Assembly (NCBI GenBank): GCA_050252415.1
Contig: JBFWKZ010000001.1
Span: 1-57,179 of the forward strand
Origin: Oscillospiraceae bacterium
GTDB taxonomy: Bacteria > Bacillota > Clostridia > Oscillospirales > Oscillospiraceae
Direction: 5' to 3'
Length of the DNA: 57,179 nucleotides
Part shown: positions 46,450 to 56,507 of the stretch, piece by piece
Layout: every line of letters begins with the position of its first letter
How positions within the stretch are numbered: position 1 is the stretch's first letter
Translations under genes and position numbers: made by a program
The notes under the pieces: generated by a model
Told to the model about the DNA's origin: nothing
The model's database searches: none
What the model saw: only the letters and a program-made list of their open reading frames with translations

Positions 46450-48291
46450 GTGAGCATGATTAAATCAAATCAAAAAGGCGGCCACTCGGCCGCTCCACAT
46501 AAAAAAAGCGATAGCGACAAAAAAACAGTGAAACGCGCAAGGGGCTATGATATGCCCCAGATTCCAAAAAGGAAGAAAAAAAATCCGGTTGGCATCATCA
46601 TCGCAGCGGCGATCGTTGCCGCAATATTTTTAGTTGCGGCAATGACCGCAATGTACGTAAACGGGCTCCAGACGATTTATCCGAACGTCAGCTTCGCCGG
46701 CGTGGATGTCGGCGGCATGTCGATATCCGAGGCGGGCGATGCGCTGGAGGCGGCGGGCTATGGTTTCGGCGATGAGAGCGTATCCGTTGCACTCCCGCTG
46801 AATGAAACGCTTGTCATCCCGATAACTGAGGCTTTTAAATCCGCAACGCCGATCGAAGCGGCGGCGGAACTCTATGCCTATGGCAGAGATGGGAATCCCC
46901 TGCAAAACCTCATTGCGTACTTAAGATGTTTAACAGACGGCTATTCTCCCACACCCGGCAGTATTATGAGCATTGACGAGGATTATGTTAAACAGATGGT
47001 GACGGATGAGGTCCAGACTGTCAATGCCGAGCTTATGGCTTCCGGACTGACCATTGGCGAGACAGAAATAACCGTTGTCAAGGGGGCAAAGTCTATCATT
47101 GTGGATGGCAATGCCGTCTATACCCTTGTGATGAATGCCCTCCAGAGCGGCAGTTACGGTGCTGTGAGCTATACGCCGCAGAGTACCGGGGAAGAAGATG
47201 TCGATCTCCAAAGTGTCTACGACACGGTGTATAAAGAGGCTAAGAATGCGGAATATGACCCCGAGACCGAGTCCGCGACGCAGCATGTCACGGGCGTGAG
47301 TTTCGATCTTGACGCGGCAAAGGCCATGTGGGACAGCGCCTCACTGGGGGACACCGTTGTCATACCGCTCATTATAACGGAACCGGAAATCACCACGGAT
47401 TACCTGAACAGCCGGCTGTTTTCCGATGTGCTCGCAGAAAAGACCACGAGCCTTTACGGCAGCAGCGCCGCGAGAATCAACAATGTCACTAAGGCGTGCC
47501 AGTCGATCGATGGGATTGTTCTGAATCCGGGCGACGAATTTTCATATAACACGGCGCTTGGCAAGCGTACCGAAGAGGCGGGATACCAGTCGGCAGGCGC
47601 CTATTCCGGCGGTGAGGTCGTGTCCGAACTGGGCGGCGGTATCTGCCAGGTTTCGTCCACGCTCTATTACTGCACGCTGTATTCAAATCTTAAGATCACT
47701 GCCCGCACCTGCCACTATTTTCCGGTCGCTTATCTCCCGGCGGGGCTGGACGCGACGGTGAGCTGGGGAGGACCGGAGTTTAAATTTGTCAACGACCGGG
47801 ACTATCCGATAAAGATTTCCGCTTCGGTTGAGGGCAACAGCTGTCATGTCCAGATAATCGGTACGGATGTCGATGGCAGCTATGTTGAAATTACTACCGA
47901 GTCGTGGCTTAATAATGACGGCAGTACGGGCGTGAACTCCTATCGCTGGCTCTACGACAAGGACGGCAATCTACTGAGCAAGACGAAGGAGTCCAGCAGC
48001 AAATACCATGTTCACAAGGACGAGCAGGAGAGTCCCGAGCCCAGCGAGTCCCCGGTTGTGACGGAGTCCCCGGTTGTGACGGAGTCCCCGGTTGTGACGG
48101 AGTCCCCGGTTGTGACGGAGTCCCCGGCTGTGACGGAGTCCCCGGTTGTGACGGAGTCCCCGGTTGTGACGGAGTCCCCGGTTGTGACGGAGTCTCCGGA
48201 CGCGACGGAGTCTCCGGACGCGGCGGAGTCCCCGGACGCGGCGGAGTCTCCGGACGCGACGGAGTCTCCGGACGTGACGGAGCCAGTTTGA
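46450..48291 (+). CDS. membrane-anchored VanW-family protein ending in an (E-S-P-x-x-T)n repeat tail
   Basis: N-terminal basic region plus TM helix 'VGIIIAAAIVAAIFLVAAM'. The VanW core is 'GGGICQVSSTLYYCTLYSNLKITARTCH...GLDATVSWG'. The C-terminus is ~13 tandem hexapeptides. Confidence 0.85.
   Translation: MSMIKSNQKGGHSAAPHKKSDSDKKTVKRARGYDMPQIPKRKKKNPVGIIIAAAIVAAIFLVAAMTAMYVNGLQTIYPNVSFAGVDVGGMSISEAGDALEAAGYGFGDESVSVALPLNETLVIPITEAFKSATPIEAAAELYAYGRDGNPLQNLIAYLRCLTDGYSPTPGSIMSIDEDYVKQMVTDEVQTVNAELMASGLTIGETEITVVKGAKSIIVDGNAVYTLVMNALQSGSYGAVSYTPQSTGEEDVDLQSVYDTVYKEAKNAEYDPETESATQHVTGVSFDLDAAKAMWDSASLGDTVVIPLIITEPEITTDYLNSRLFSDVLAEKTTSLYGSSAARINNVTKACQSIDGIVLNPGDEFSYNTALGKRTEEAGYQSAGAYSGGEVVSELGGGICQVSSTLYYCTLYSNLKITARTCHYFPVAYLPAGLDATVSWGGPEFKFVNDRDYPIKISASVEGNSCHVQIIGTDVDGSYVEITTESWLNNDGSTGVNSYRWLYDKDGNLLSKTKESSSKYHVHKDEQESPEPSESPVVTESPVVTESPVVTESPVVTESPAVTESPVVTESPVVTESPVVTESPDATESPDAAESPDAAESPDATESPDVTEPV
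48046..48279 (+). repeat. 18-bp in-frame tandem repeat array (~13 units) at the 3' end of the VanW gene
   Basis: The unit is gagtccccggttgtgacg (ESPVVT), with variants ESPAVT, ESPDAT, ESPDAA and ESPDVT. Eight near-identical units are followed by five diverged units. Confidence 0.9.
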
Positions 48292-48348
48292 TATTACAGC
48301 AGAAGCGGCTAAGATTATGTATGAAATCCAATACCAGGAGGAAGATAA

Positions 48349-50313
48349 ATGAGCAAGAAATATTACATCACAACGCCTATTTACTATCCATCGGATAAGC
48401 TGCACATAGGTCATACCTACTGCACCGTGGCAACCGATGCGATGGCGAGATATAAGCGCCTTCAGGGCTATGATGTCATGTTTTTAACCGGCACCGACGA
48501 ACACGGTCAGAAGATTGAGGACAAGGCAAGGGAAGCGGGAGTTACGCCTCAGCAATTTGTCGATAACATTGTAGCCGGTAAGGGCGGCATACTTGACCTC
48601 TGGAAGCTCATGAATATCTCCAACGACCGTTTTATCCGTACGACGGACGACTATCATGTCAAGTCGATTCAAAAGATATTTCGGAAGATGTATGAAAAAG
48701 GCGATATCTATAAGGGAAAATATGTCGGTAAATACTGTAAACCCTGCGAATCGTTTTGGACGGAGAGCCAACTCGTTGACGGCAAGTGTCCCGACTGCGG
48801 CCGCGAGGTATATGACGCGGAGGAGGAGGCCTATTTTTTCTGCCTCTCAAAATATGCCGACAGAGTTCAGGATCTCCTGGAGAACACCGACTTTTTGGAG
48901 CCGCGCAGCCGCGTAAATGAGATGGTGAATAACTTTATTAAGCCCGGACTTGAGGATCTGTGTGTTTCCCGTACGAGCTTTTCCTGGGGCATACCCGTGG
49001 ATTTCGATCCGGGCCATGTCGTATACGTCTGGGTCGACGCGCTTTTTAATTACACCACCGCGCTTGGACTTTTTAACGACCGTTACGACGATTATGACAA
49101 ATACTGGCCTGCCGACGTCCATTTTGTCGGCAAAGAAATAGTGCGCTTCCATTCCATAATCTGGCCTGCTATGCTGATGAGCATGGAGCTGCCTCTGCCC
49201 AAAAAGGTCTTTGGCCACGGCTGGCTGCTTTTAGACGGCGGAAAGATGAGCAAGTCCAAAGGCAACGTGGTCGATCCCATTATCCTCGCAGACCGATATG
49301 GTGTGGATGCGCTCAGATATTTTCTTTTGCGTGACTTCCCCTTCGGCTCGGATGGAAATTTTTCGAACGAACTGCTCATTAACCGCATCAATGTTGATCT
49401 GGCAAATGACTTGGGGAACCTTGTGAGCCGCAGCACCGCGATGGTGGAGAAATATTTTAATGGCGTACTGCCGCAAGAGCAGAAAGCCGACAGCGCGGAT
49501 GATGAACTGTGTGCGATGGCGTCCGGACTGAGAGAGCTGTTCGAGGAGCAGATGGAGAAATTTGCCTTCCAGAACGCGCTCATCGAGATATTTAAAGTCA
49601 TCTCCCGTGCAAACAAATACATCGATGAGACGGCCCCCTGGGTGCTCGCCAAAGATATGGATGCCAATGGAGCCAGACTTGCCCGAGTGATGTATAATCT
49701 CGCTGAGACAGTCCGTATTTGTACAACGCTGCTTCAACCCTTTATGCCGGAGAGCTGTGACAAAATCTTTAGCCAGATCGGTGTCACAGGGGAACTGAGG
49801 AGCTGGGAAAAGGCCAATGTGTTCGGGGCGCTTCCTGCCGCCGCCACAGTCAGAAAGGGCGAGGCTGTGTTCCCGCGCATCGATATTAAGAAAGAGCTTC
49901 AAGAGCTGGAGAAAGCTGTTCTGGCGACAAAAAAGGTGACTTTGCCTGCGGTTGAAGTCGAGCCTATCGCGGACGAAGAGGTCGATTTCGATACCTTCTG
50001 CCGGAGTGATTTCCGCGCGGTCAAGGTAAGAGACTGCCAAAAGGTCAAAAAGAGCGATAAGCTTCTGCGCTTTACGCTGGATGACGGTACGGGAGAAAAC
50101 CGTCAGATCCTCTCTGGAATTGCCAAGTTTTATAAACCCGAAGACCTGGTCGGGAAGACACTCGTGGCGATCGTCAATCTTCCGGCGAGAAAGATGATGG
50201 GGCTAAATAGCTGCGGCATGCTTATATCCGCCATACACAAGGAGAAGGGTGAGGAAAAACTGAATCTCCTCATCGTGGACGACGCTATCCCCGCCGGAGC
50301 GAAGCTCTGCTGA
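48349..50313 (+). CDS. metG: methionine--tRNA ligase with a C-terminal tRNA-binding (EMAP/Trbp111-like) domain
   Basis: 654 aa with 'PSDKLHIGH' (HIGH), 'KMSKSKGN' (KMSKS) and the zinc knuckles 'CKPCE...CPDCG'. The C-terminus 'DFRAVKV...IVNLPARKMMG' is an OB-fold. Confidence 0.97.
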   Translation: MSKKYYITTPIYYPSDKLHIGHTYCTVATDAMARYKRLQGYDVMFLTGTDEHGQKIEDKAREAGVTPQQFVDNIVAGKGGILDLWKLMNISNDRFIRTTDDYHVKSIQKIFRKMYEKGDIYKGKYVGKYCKPCESFWTESQLVDGKCPDCGREVYDAEEEAYFFCLSKYADRVQDLLENTDFLEPRSRVNEMVNNFIKPGLEDLCVSRTSFSWGIPVDFDPGHVVYVWVDALFNYTTALGLFNDRYDDYDKYWPADVHFVGKEIVRFHSIIWPAMLMSMELPLPKKVFGHGWLLLDGGKMSKSKGNVVDPIILADRYGVDALRYFLLRDFPFGSDGNFSNELLINRINVDLANDLGNLVSRSTAMVEKYFNGVLPQEQKADSADDELCAMASGLRELFEEQMEKFAFQNALIEIFKVISRANKYIDETAPWVLAKDMDANGARLARVMYNLAETVRICTTLLQPFMPESCDKIFSQIGVTGELRSWEKANVFGALPAAATVRKGEAVFPRIDIKKELQELEKAVLATKKVTLPAVEVEPIADEEVDFDTFCRSDFRAVKVRDCQKVKKSDKLLRFTLDDGTGENRQILSGIAKFYKPEDLVGKTLVAIVNLPARKMMGLNSCGMLISAIHKEKGEEKLNLLIVDDAIPAGAKLC

Positions 50314-50388
50314 TCTAAAACGGCCCATTGCCTAGGCAACGGGCCGTGTCGGCTATTTTGTTTCGGGAAATTAACACGATAGATATGC

Positions 50389-50421
50389 GAAAGCCGGTAT
50401 GGAAACCATACCGGCTTTTTG
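50389..50421. terminator. bidirectional intrinsic terminator between metG and the convergent dehydrogenase gene
   Basis: AAAGCCGGTATGG-aaa-CCATACCGGCTTT followed by ttgtt. Confidence 0.75.
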
Positions 50422-50438
50422 TTCATTGTACCTTTGGC

Positions 50439-51398
50439 TTATTTGCCAACAGGATTGTTGAGCGCCCACTGTGGTTTTTTGCCGGTGAGTGCATCGTGGA
50501 TACCCATAGCGGCATGCAGGCCCATACGATCCATGGATTCCTGGGTCAGCGCTGCGGAATGAGGTGTCATGATGATGTTGTCAAGCTCAAAGAGAGGGCA
50601 GTTCTTGGCGGGAGGCTCGGTGGGGAAGACGTCGATGCCGGCACCGGCGATAACGCCGTTCTTCAGGCACTCATACAGGTCTGCCTCATTAACGACCTCG
50701 CCTCTTGCGCAGTTGATGAGATAAGCGGTGGGCTTCATCATACCGATGGTGGTCTTATTGATGCTGCCGCGGGTCTCGGGAGTGCTGGGAACATGCAGGG
50801 AGACAAAGTCGGCGTTCTTAAGAACATCTTCCATAGTCTCAACCTTGGTGCTTCCGGCGGGGAAGCGCTCTGCGGGCAGATAGGCATCGTAACCGATGAC
50901 CTTCATGTCGAAGGCAGCCATGCACATTTTGGCGACCATGGAACCGATGCGGCCCATGCCGACCAGACCAAGGGTCTTCCCCTCGAGGTCCATGCTCCTA
51001 TACTTGTTGCGGAATCCCCACTCGCCCTTGCGGACGCCGCGGTCAAAGAGGGAGAAGTGGTGTGCGCAGGCCAGAATCATACCAACGGTATGCTCGGCAA
51101 CTGAGATGCCGTTTGAGGTGGGCGCGTTGCAGACATAAATGCCGTGTGCGGTGCAGTAATCGATGTCGATGTTGTCGACACCAATGCCATGACGGCCAAT
51201 GACCTTCAGGTTGGGCGCTGCGGCGAGCACCTCGGCGGTATAGGGAGCAGTGCGGGCAAGAATGGCATCGGCACCGGCAATCTGGGCCTTCATAGCCTCA
51301 ATATCGGTGTTACCGGTACCAATAACGATCTCATAGCCTCTTTCTTTCAGGTAATCCTTACCTGCGGCGGTAATGTCCTGTGGAATTACAACCTTCAT
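50439..51398 (-). CDS. D-isomer-specific 2-hydroxyacid dehydrogenase family protein
   Basis: NAD-binding motif 'GLVGMGRIGSMVAKM', catalytic 'NCARGEVV' and 'MTPHSAA'. I chose the ATG at 51398, which is 10 nt after AAGGA. The ORF-track TTG at 51407 abuts the RBS. Confidence 0.85.
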   Translation of the reverse strand: MKVVIPQDITAAGKDYLKERGYEIVIGTGNTDIEAMKAQIAGADAILARTAPYTAEVLAAAPNLKVIGRHGIGVDNIDIDYCTAHGIYVCNAPTSNGISVAEHTVGMILACAHHFSLFDRGVRKGEWGFRNKYRSMDLEGKTLGLVGMGRIGSMVAKMCMAAFDMKVIGYDAYLPAERFPAGSTKVETMEDVLKNADFVSLHVPSTPETRGSINKTTIGMMKPTAYLINCARGEVVNEADLYECLKNGVIAGAGIDVFPTEPPAKNCPLFELDNIIMTPHSAALTQESMDRMGLHAAMGIHDALTGKKPQWALNNPVGK

Positions 51399-51468
51399 AA
51401 TGATCAAATCCTTTCTCGACAGTATAGTATATAGAATGCTATCTAAAATAGCTTTCTCAAAAAATTAA

Positions 51469-52398
51469 TTAGATGATAGTCACAACATATGACCAAAACG
51501 GCATGGTCACGACACCAAAGAGTGTGGAGATAAAAACAGCTGCTCCGGCGTAGCAAGGGGCCGCTTCATAATTTGCGGCATATATCGCCGTCATTGCGGC
51601 GGAGGGAACCGCCGCGAAGAGGACACCGAGATTTACGAGAAGCTCTGAAAATCCCAGCAGTTTCAAAACGATAAGCACGATTGCCGGATTTATGATGTTT
51701 TTGATAACCACGATAACCGGCAGTGTAAAGTCGGACAAGAGCTCTTTGATATTGACATCGGCAAGCTGCATTCCGGTTATCATCATACCCAAGGGCATCG
51801 TCATACCGCCAAGGTCTGCAATGCAGTCCCAGATGATCTGCGGCGGACGAAGTTCCGTTATAAACAGGAACAGACCCACAAACACGGCAATGGACGGCAG
51901 CTGAATGAGAAGACGCCAACTGAATTCTTCGTGGTGTTCGCCGTTGCCCACTTTGCCATACATGATAGGCAATACGATAAACATTATGATGCGCTGTGGC
52001 AGTCCCATGAGGCCAGTATAAAAAACACCGTCCGGACCGAGTACCGCTTCTATTATCGGGATACCTATCAGCATAAAATTGTTAAATAACAAAAACGCCT
52101 GAATGACCGCCCGGCACTGCGGGTCACGCGGTTTTAAGACATGTCCCGATACAAAACCGCTCGCAAAGAAAAACACATCGATGATGAGGATCATAACAAG
52201 CGACATAAACCCCTGACTGAGCTTTTCGGATTCAAACGGGGTCATCATAGAATTAATAATAAGACATGGGACGGCAATATTCAAGAGAATTTTTGTTAAT
52301 GAACCGAGAGAACCTTTGGTTGTCCATTTCAGCTTACGGCACAGAAATCCCAATGCCATGTATACCATGACCTGGATTGCCGCGCTAAGCACACCCAT
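51469..52398 (-). CDS. AEC (auxin efflux carrier) family transporter
   Basis: 309 aa with ~10 TM helices and the two-repeat architecture typical of AEC/malate-permease-type proteins. Confidence 0.7.
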   Translation of the reverse strand: MGVLSAAIQVMVYMALGFLCRKLKWTTKGSLGSLTKILLNIAVPCLIINSMMTPFESEKLSQGFMSLVMILIIDVFFFASGFVSGHVLKPRDPQCRAVIQAFLLFNNFMLIGIPIIEAVLGPDGVFYTGLMGLPQRIIMFIVLPIMYGKVGNGEHHEEFSWRLLIQLPSIAVFVGLFLFITELRPPQIIWDCIADLGGMTMPLGMMITGMQLADVNIKELLSDFTLPVIVVIKNIINPAIVLIVLKLLGFSELLVNLGVLFAAVPSAAMTAIYAANYEAAPCYAGAAVFISTLFGVVTMPFWSYVVTII

Positions 52399-52502
52399 AC
52401 AATTCCTTTCTCCGGTCAGATACGGGCTGTTACAAAAACATCCCGCATCAATACCTCAAGGTTTTACCCGGAGTCGAGCCAAACCTTTTCCAATTAGAAA
52501 GA

Positions 52503-53231
52503 TTAGTCGACCTTTACGCTTTTGCGGGCCTCGGCCATACCAGCTCTCCACTTGGCAAGGTCCTCAATAGTGGGACGTACGCCATCGGTGATCGCCTTGC
52601 GGCAGGGCTCGAGAACAGGCATCTCGGCCTCTGCGATAGCGACGCAGGCGTCGTACAGCTTGGGCGCAACTTCTTCAGGAATAATCGTGAAGCCGTGAAT
52701 ATCGGCGTGAATGAGATCACCGGGCTTGATGGTCAAACCGCAGATGACGACGGGGCAGTCAATTGCCTCAACATGGATATAGGCGTGGGAAACCAAGGTG
52801 ACGGTGGACATAAAATAGAAGCCAAGCTCATCGGCTGCGGGGATATCGCGAACGCCGCCCTGTACGAGTGTTCCGACAGCGCCGAGGGACTTGTGGGTCG
52901 TAGCCTGGACCTCACCCCAATAGGAGCCGAGAGGAACAGCGTCTGTATCTTGAATGCAGATAATGGAAGGGCCCTCCTGTGCGCGGTTTTTAGCATACAG
53001 CTCCATCTGAAGCTTTGCCTGCTCGGGTGTTGCGGGGTTCATGGCGCTTACTTTTGCGGTAACCGCATAGCCGATCATGGGCTTTTCCTGATCTCCGGCA
53101 CGCTGAACCATTCCCGGATATCCGAAACCGGCGGTACGGGGACGGATGTTGAAGCACTCCATTGCGTTACATATGGTGGGACTATCAAATTCACGCAGCT
53201 TTTCAAGCTGCTTATTGGTGAGCTTAGCCAT
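52503..53231 (-). CDS. RraA-family protein (second paralogue; aldolase/decarboxylase-like)
   Basis: 242 aa with 'FDSPTICNAME', 'LGSYWGEVQATTHKSLGAVGTLVQGGVRD' and 'CGLTIKPGDLIHADIHGFTIIP'. Confidence 0.75.
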   Translation of the reverse strand: MAKLTNKQLEKLREFDSPTICNAMECFNIRPRTAGFGYPGMVQRAGDQEKPMIGYAVTAKVSAMNPATPEQAKLQMELYAKNRAQEGPSIICIQDTDAVPLGSYWGEVQATTHKSLGAVGTLVQGGVRDIPAADELGFYFMSTVTLVSHAYIHVEAIDCPVVICGLTIKPGDLIHADIHGFTIIPEEVAPKLYDACVAIAEAEMPVLEPCRKAITDGVRPTIEDLAKWRAGMAEARKSVKVD

Positions 53232-53275
53232 AATATGAATTCTACCTTTCTATGCTAAATTTTTGCTTGAGTCAA

Positions 53276-54541
53276 TTAAAAGAGGTTTCCGTTCTCGTCA
53301 AACTGGAACTCCTCAGGCTCTCCGATTATTTCCACATTGGGGATACTCTTCGCCTCTTCGATCATATTCTCGGAGACATAGAACTCGCTCATGCAGAGCG
53401 TATTGTGGATGCGGATAATGCGCGCATTATCCCGGTCAATATCGAAGCAGCACTTCACGCCGGCGCGAATAGCCTGGCGGTCGTTGTCCATGACCATAGG
53501 AATTTTGGTGGAAAAAGAGATTCGGGAGGTCAGCGGGTTGGGATAGGTCTCATAGAGATCCACCTTGTTGTACAGACGGCGGGTGGTGAAGTCGGCAAGA
53601 CCCATGCCGCCGCCGTTGCCGTGAGCCTTCTCCGAGAGATCAAGGGCGACGATCGTCTGGGTGATGGGGGGCTCTTTCATATCGGGCGTGGTAAATCTCT
53701 TGACGACGTTGGGGTCCATGCCGGCCCCGGAGATATTTTTGCCGATCTCGTCGACAACAAGAACATCACAGCCCTTGAACAGGATCTGAGCAAGGTATTT
53801 TTTGGCCTTTTCGAGGTACGCAGGCTCCCGTTTGGCAAAGTCCTCGGACAACATGCCGACAAGCTCCGCCGTATCCTCATAGGCGTTTTCGATGGCGGCA
53901 AGGCCGCCGATGATATTGCAGTGCTCAATGGCATAGGTGCCCATCTCTTCAATACGGGGTCCCAGATTTATGATCTTGGTGGAGTGGCAGCACTCGGCGC
54001 CGTATTGCTTACCAAGGCCAATAACGATCATCTTGAGCAGACCGCTCTCAATCTTATAACGGAAGGATGTATGGGGCTTTATACGGTGGACAACATAGAT
54101 GGCGTCCGCTTCGTATGCGTTCTTATCGAGCTCGACGCGAAGCCCGCTCTTGGTATAGCCAAGAGTCACGGTCTCCATAGAGGAGAGTATGGGCACGCCT
54201 ATCGTCTCCTCGGTGATACCGAGACCGGCGAGAACGCCTCTCTGGCCTTCGGCGGTAGCCCCGCCGTGACTTCCCATTGCAGGGACGACAAAAGGTTCTG
54301 CGCCATGCTCTTTAAATATTTTTATGACCTCTCGGAGAATGAGCGGAAAATTGCTGATCTGACGGCTGCCGGCGGTCAGACATACTCTGTCACCCTTCTT
54401 TATGCGGCTGAGAACACCGGAGCTCTCGATCTGCTTACGGACCTCGGCGGGGATATCTTTTACCATAGGACGGTCAAAGTTCTGGCGTATTTTTACCATC
54501 CTGGGCAGAGTGATCATACTTGTCAGATCTTCTAGAATCAT
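53276..54541 (-). CDS. LarA-like (lactate racemase N-terminal domain / DUF2088-type) protein
   Basis: 421 aa with an AGGAGG RBS. The N-terminal organisation 'RVCLTAGSRQI...VVPAMGSHGGAT' and the overall length resemble the LarA-related family. This assignment is from memory only. Confidence 0.5.
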   Translation of the reverse strand: MILEDLTSMITLPRMVKIRQNFDRPMVKDIPAEVRKQIESSGVLSRIKKGDRVCLTAGSRQISNFPLILREVIKIFKEHGAEPFVVPAMGSHGGATAEGQRGVLAGLGITEETIGVPILSSMETVTLGYTKSGLRVELDKNAYEADAIYVVHRIKPHTSFRYKIESGLLKMIVIGLGKQYGAECCHSTKIINLGPRIEEMGTYAIEHCNIIGGLAAIENAYEDTAELVGMLSEDFAKREPAYLEKAKKYLAQILFKGCDVLVVDEIGKNISGAGMDPNVVKRFTTPDMKEPPITQTIVALDLSEKAHGNGGGMGLADFTTRRLYNKVDLYETYPNPLTSRISFSTKIPMVMDNDRQAIRAGVKCCFDIDRDNARIIRIHNTLCMSEFYVSENMIEEAKSIPNVEIIGEPEEFQFDENGNLF

Positions 54542-54723
54542 ATTAAAATGCCTCCTAAAAATTTCGAACTACTAGTTCCCTATTTCTTGCAATTTATACA
54601 CAACTATAATAAATATACATCTTTCCATGCTTTTTTTCAACTGGCAGCTCAAAATAAACAAACCGGAAAACGCACAGGTCTGTTGTGTATTACGGACATG
54701 CCCCTTTGATCTTTTGCTGCGAC

Positions 54724-54746
54724 AAAAAGGAGGGCTTAAACCCTCC
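54724..54746 (-). terminator. intrinsic terminator downstream of the tct remnant
   Basis: The minus strand reads GGAGGG-tttaag-CCCTCC followed by ttttt. Confidence 0.6.
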
Positions 54747-54913
54747 TTCATTATGGGTATGATCCCAGATCTTTGCTGTTTGTACAGAAAAAACATGGGA
54801 ATAACGCGTCTGAAGCGATCGTATTTGTCTGAGCCGGTGAAGCGCCAGACAAATATTCTCTGGATAAAGATATTTTTACCTAGGGGAGAGTTTCTGCTCT
54901 TTCGCCGATAGCC

Positions 54914-56409
54914 TTATGCCGTGATTTTACTTACTTTTCGCTTATATCGAACGAGTGTGGCAATTAGTACAAACATTGCCAAGAGAAGAAACAGCGCGGA
55001 TATGGGGCGTGTTATAAACGGCAGACCGTTTCCGCCCGCATATTGCAGCCCACGGCGAAAGTTTGTCTCAATCATGGTTCCCAGTATGAACCCTAAAATT
55101 ATAGGCGTGAGCGGTATTTTGACTTTTGTCAGCAGATAGCCGCCAATTCCAAAGAACGCGACGCATTTTACGTCAAAGATACGATTGTTCAGGCAGAAGG
55201 CGCCCACCGCGCACATGACCAATATTATGGGCATGAGGATATGTTTTGGTATTTTCAGAAGCCGTACAAAAGCTCTAAGGCCAAAAAATTCGATTCCAAG
55301 CATCAGAAAATTTGAAATGAGCAGAGAGGCAAAAATCGCATAGACAAGCTCTTTCTGATTGGTTAAAAGCATCGGACCCGGCGTAATTCCATGGATCATG
55401 AATCCTCCTATGAGCATTGCTGTAGCGGTGTCGCCCGGTATTCCGAGTGTCAGCAGCGGTACGAGCGCACCGCCAATAGTCGCATTATTTGCCGTTTCTG
55501 ACGCAACCACGCCATCCAGAATGCCGGTGCCGAATTTTTCGGGATATTTTGATGCCCCTTTTGCGACGGTATAGGCAAGAATATTTGAGGTTCCTCCGCC
55601 GATCCCGGGTAAAATACCTATGCCCAAACCAATAAGCGCAGACCGTACGGCGTTTGGCAATTGGGCTATGAATTCCTTCATGCTGAAGCCGAATCCTCTG
55701 ATATTAAAATTCTGAACAATGCCCTCTTTAGCCGTTTTTCGTGCTTCAGAGGTTAAAATAATCTCGGATACAACAAAAATACCTATAAGCATTGATAAAA
55801 TATTGAAACCACCGTCTAATTCATAAATACCAAAAGTCAGCCGTTTGACACTATCCATCGGCGCCATTCCGACAAAGCCGAGCGCCACTCCAATCAGTCC
55901 GGAACCGATACCCTTCGACATATTTTCTTTTTCCGTCATGACGCAAATCATTGTTAAAGAAAATATGCCGAGGGAGAACATCTCATACGTGCCCAGTTTG
56001 ACGGCATAACGTGCGACTGTCGGCGCTGCCGTTAAAGTAATTGAAGATAATGCCATCGTGGTAGGTCAGCAGCGTGTAGCCATCCGGATCGGCGTCATAG
56101 ACCTGACGACAGGCCAACGTGGCTTGCCCCGTCGACGTTTGTGACGACAACCGGAACGCCCAGTACGTCCTCGAGGTAGGCCGCATAGGCGCGGCCGTTA
56201 AAGTCGGTGTCGCCGCCGGGCTGGGCCGGGATAATCATATTTATCGCTTTGCTTGGCCAATCATCCGCAGGGTTTGCATCGGTGCTTGAGGACTCGGGAA
56301 CTGTAGAATCGGAAGGGACTGTGCTCGCCTCGCTGCCTCCGGTAGAACATCCGGCCGACATGACAAGTGCCAAAGTGAGTGCCAGGATAATTGAAATTGC
56401 CTTTTTCAT
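54914..56409 (-). pseudogene. remnant of a second tctCBA locus: tctC 5' part (frameshifted) fused by deletion to the 3' three-quarters of tctA
   Basis: - The ORF at 56409-56095 is a TctC N-terminus (lipobox 'MSAGCS', 'INMIIPAQPGGDTDFNGRAYA...VVVTNVDG').
- The reading frame then shifts at a G4 run (56127-56130) to '...QATLACRQVYDADPDGYTLL...FNGSAD'.
- At about 56011-56030 it joins sequence that aligns to TctA from residue ~128 onward ('VARYAVKLGTYEMF' vs 'IARVALRFSPYEYF').
- tctB and the first ~125 codons of tctA are absent. Confidence 0.75.
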
Positions 56410-56507
56410 TTTTGCTCCTTTCTTGTGCCTTAAAAATATTTATGGAGCGAAATTTTCGCTTTCATATACAAAAATTAATACTGCAATTGCCCCGGAGTAC
56501 TACCCGA

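Noticed and set aside
47909-48414. Two minus-strand ORFs (140 and 147 aa) with PGTPSQ / RGLRHN repeats
   Set aside because: These are reverse-frame readings of the 18-bp repeat at the 3' end of the VanW gene. They run across the VanW/metG intergenic region and into metG.
53252-54535. 427-aa plus-strand ORF
   Set aside because: It is the mirror image of the LarA-like gene on the minus strand. The minus-strand product has an AGGAGG RBS and protein-like composition, whereas the plus-strand translation is G/A/L/D-rich shadow sequence.
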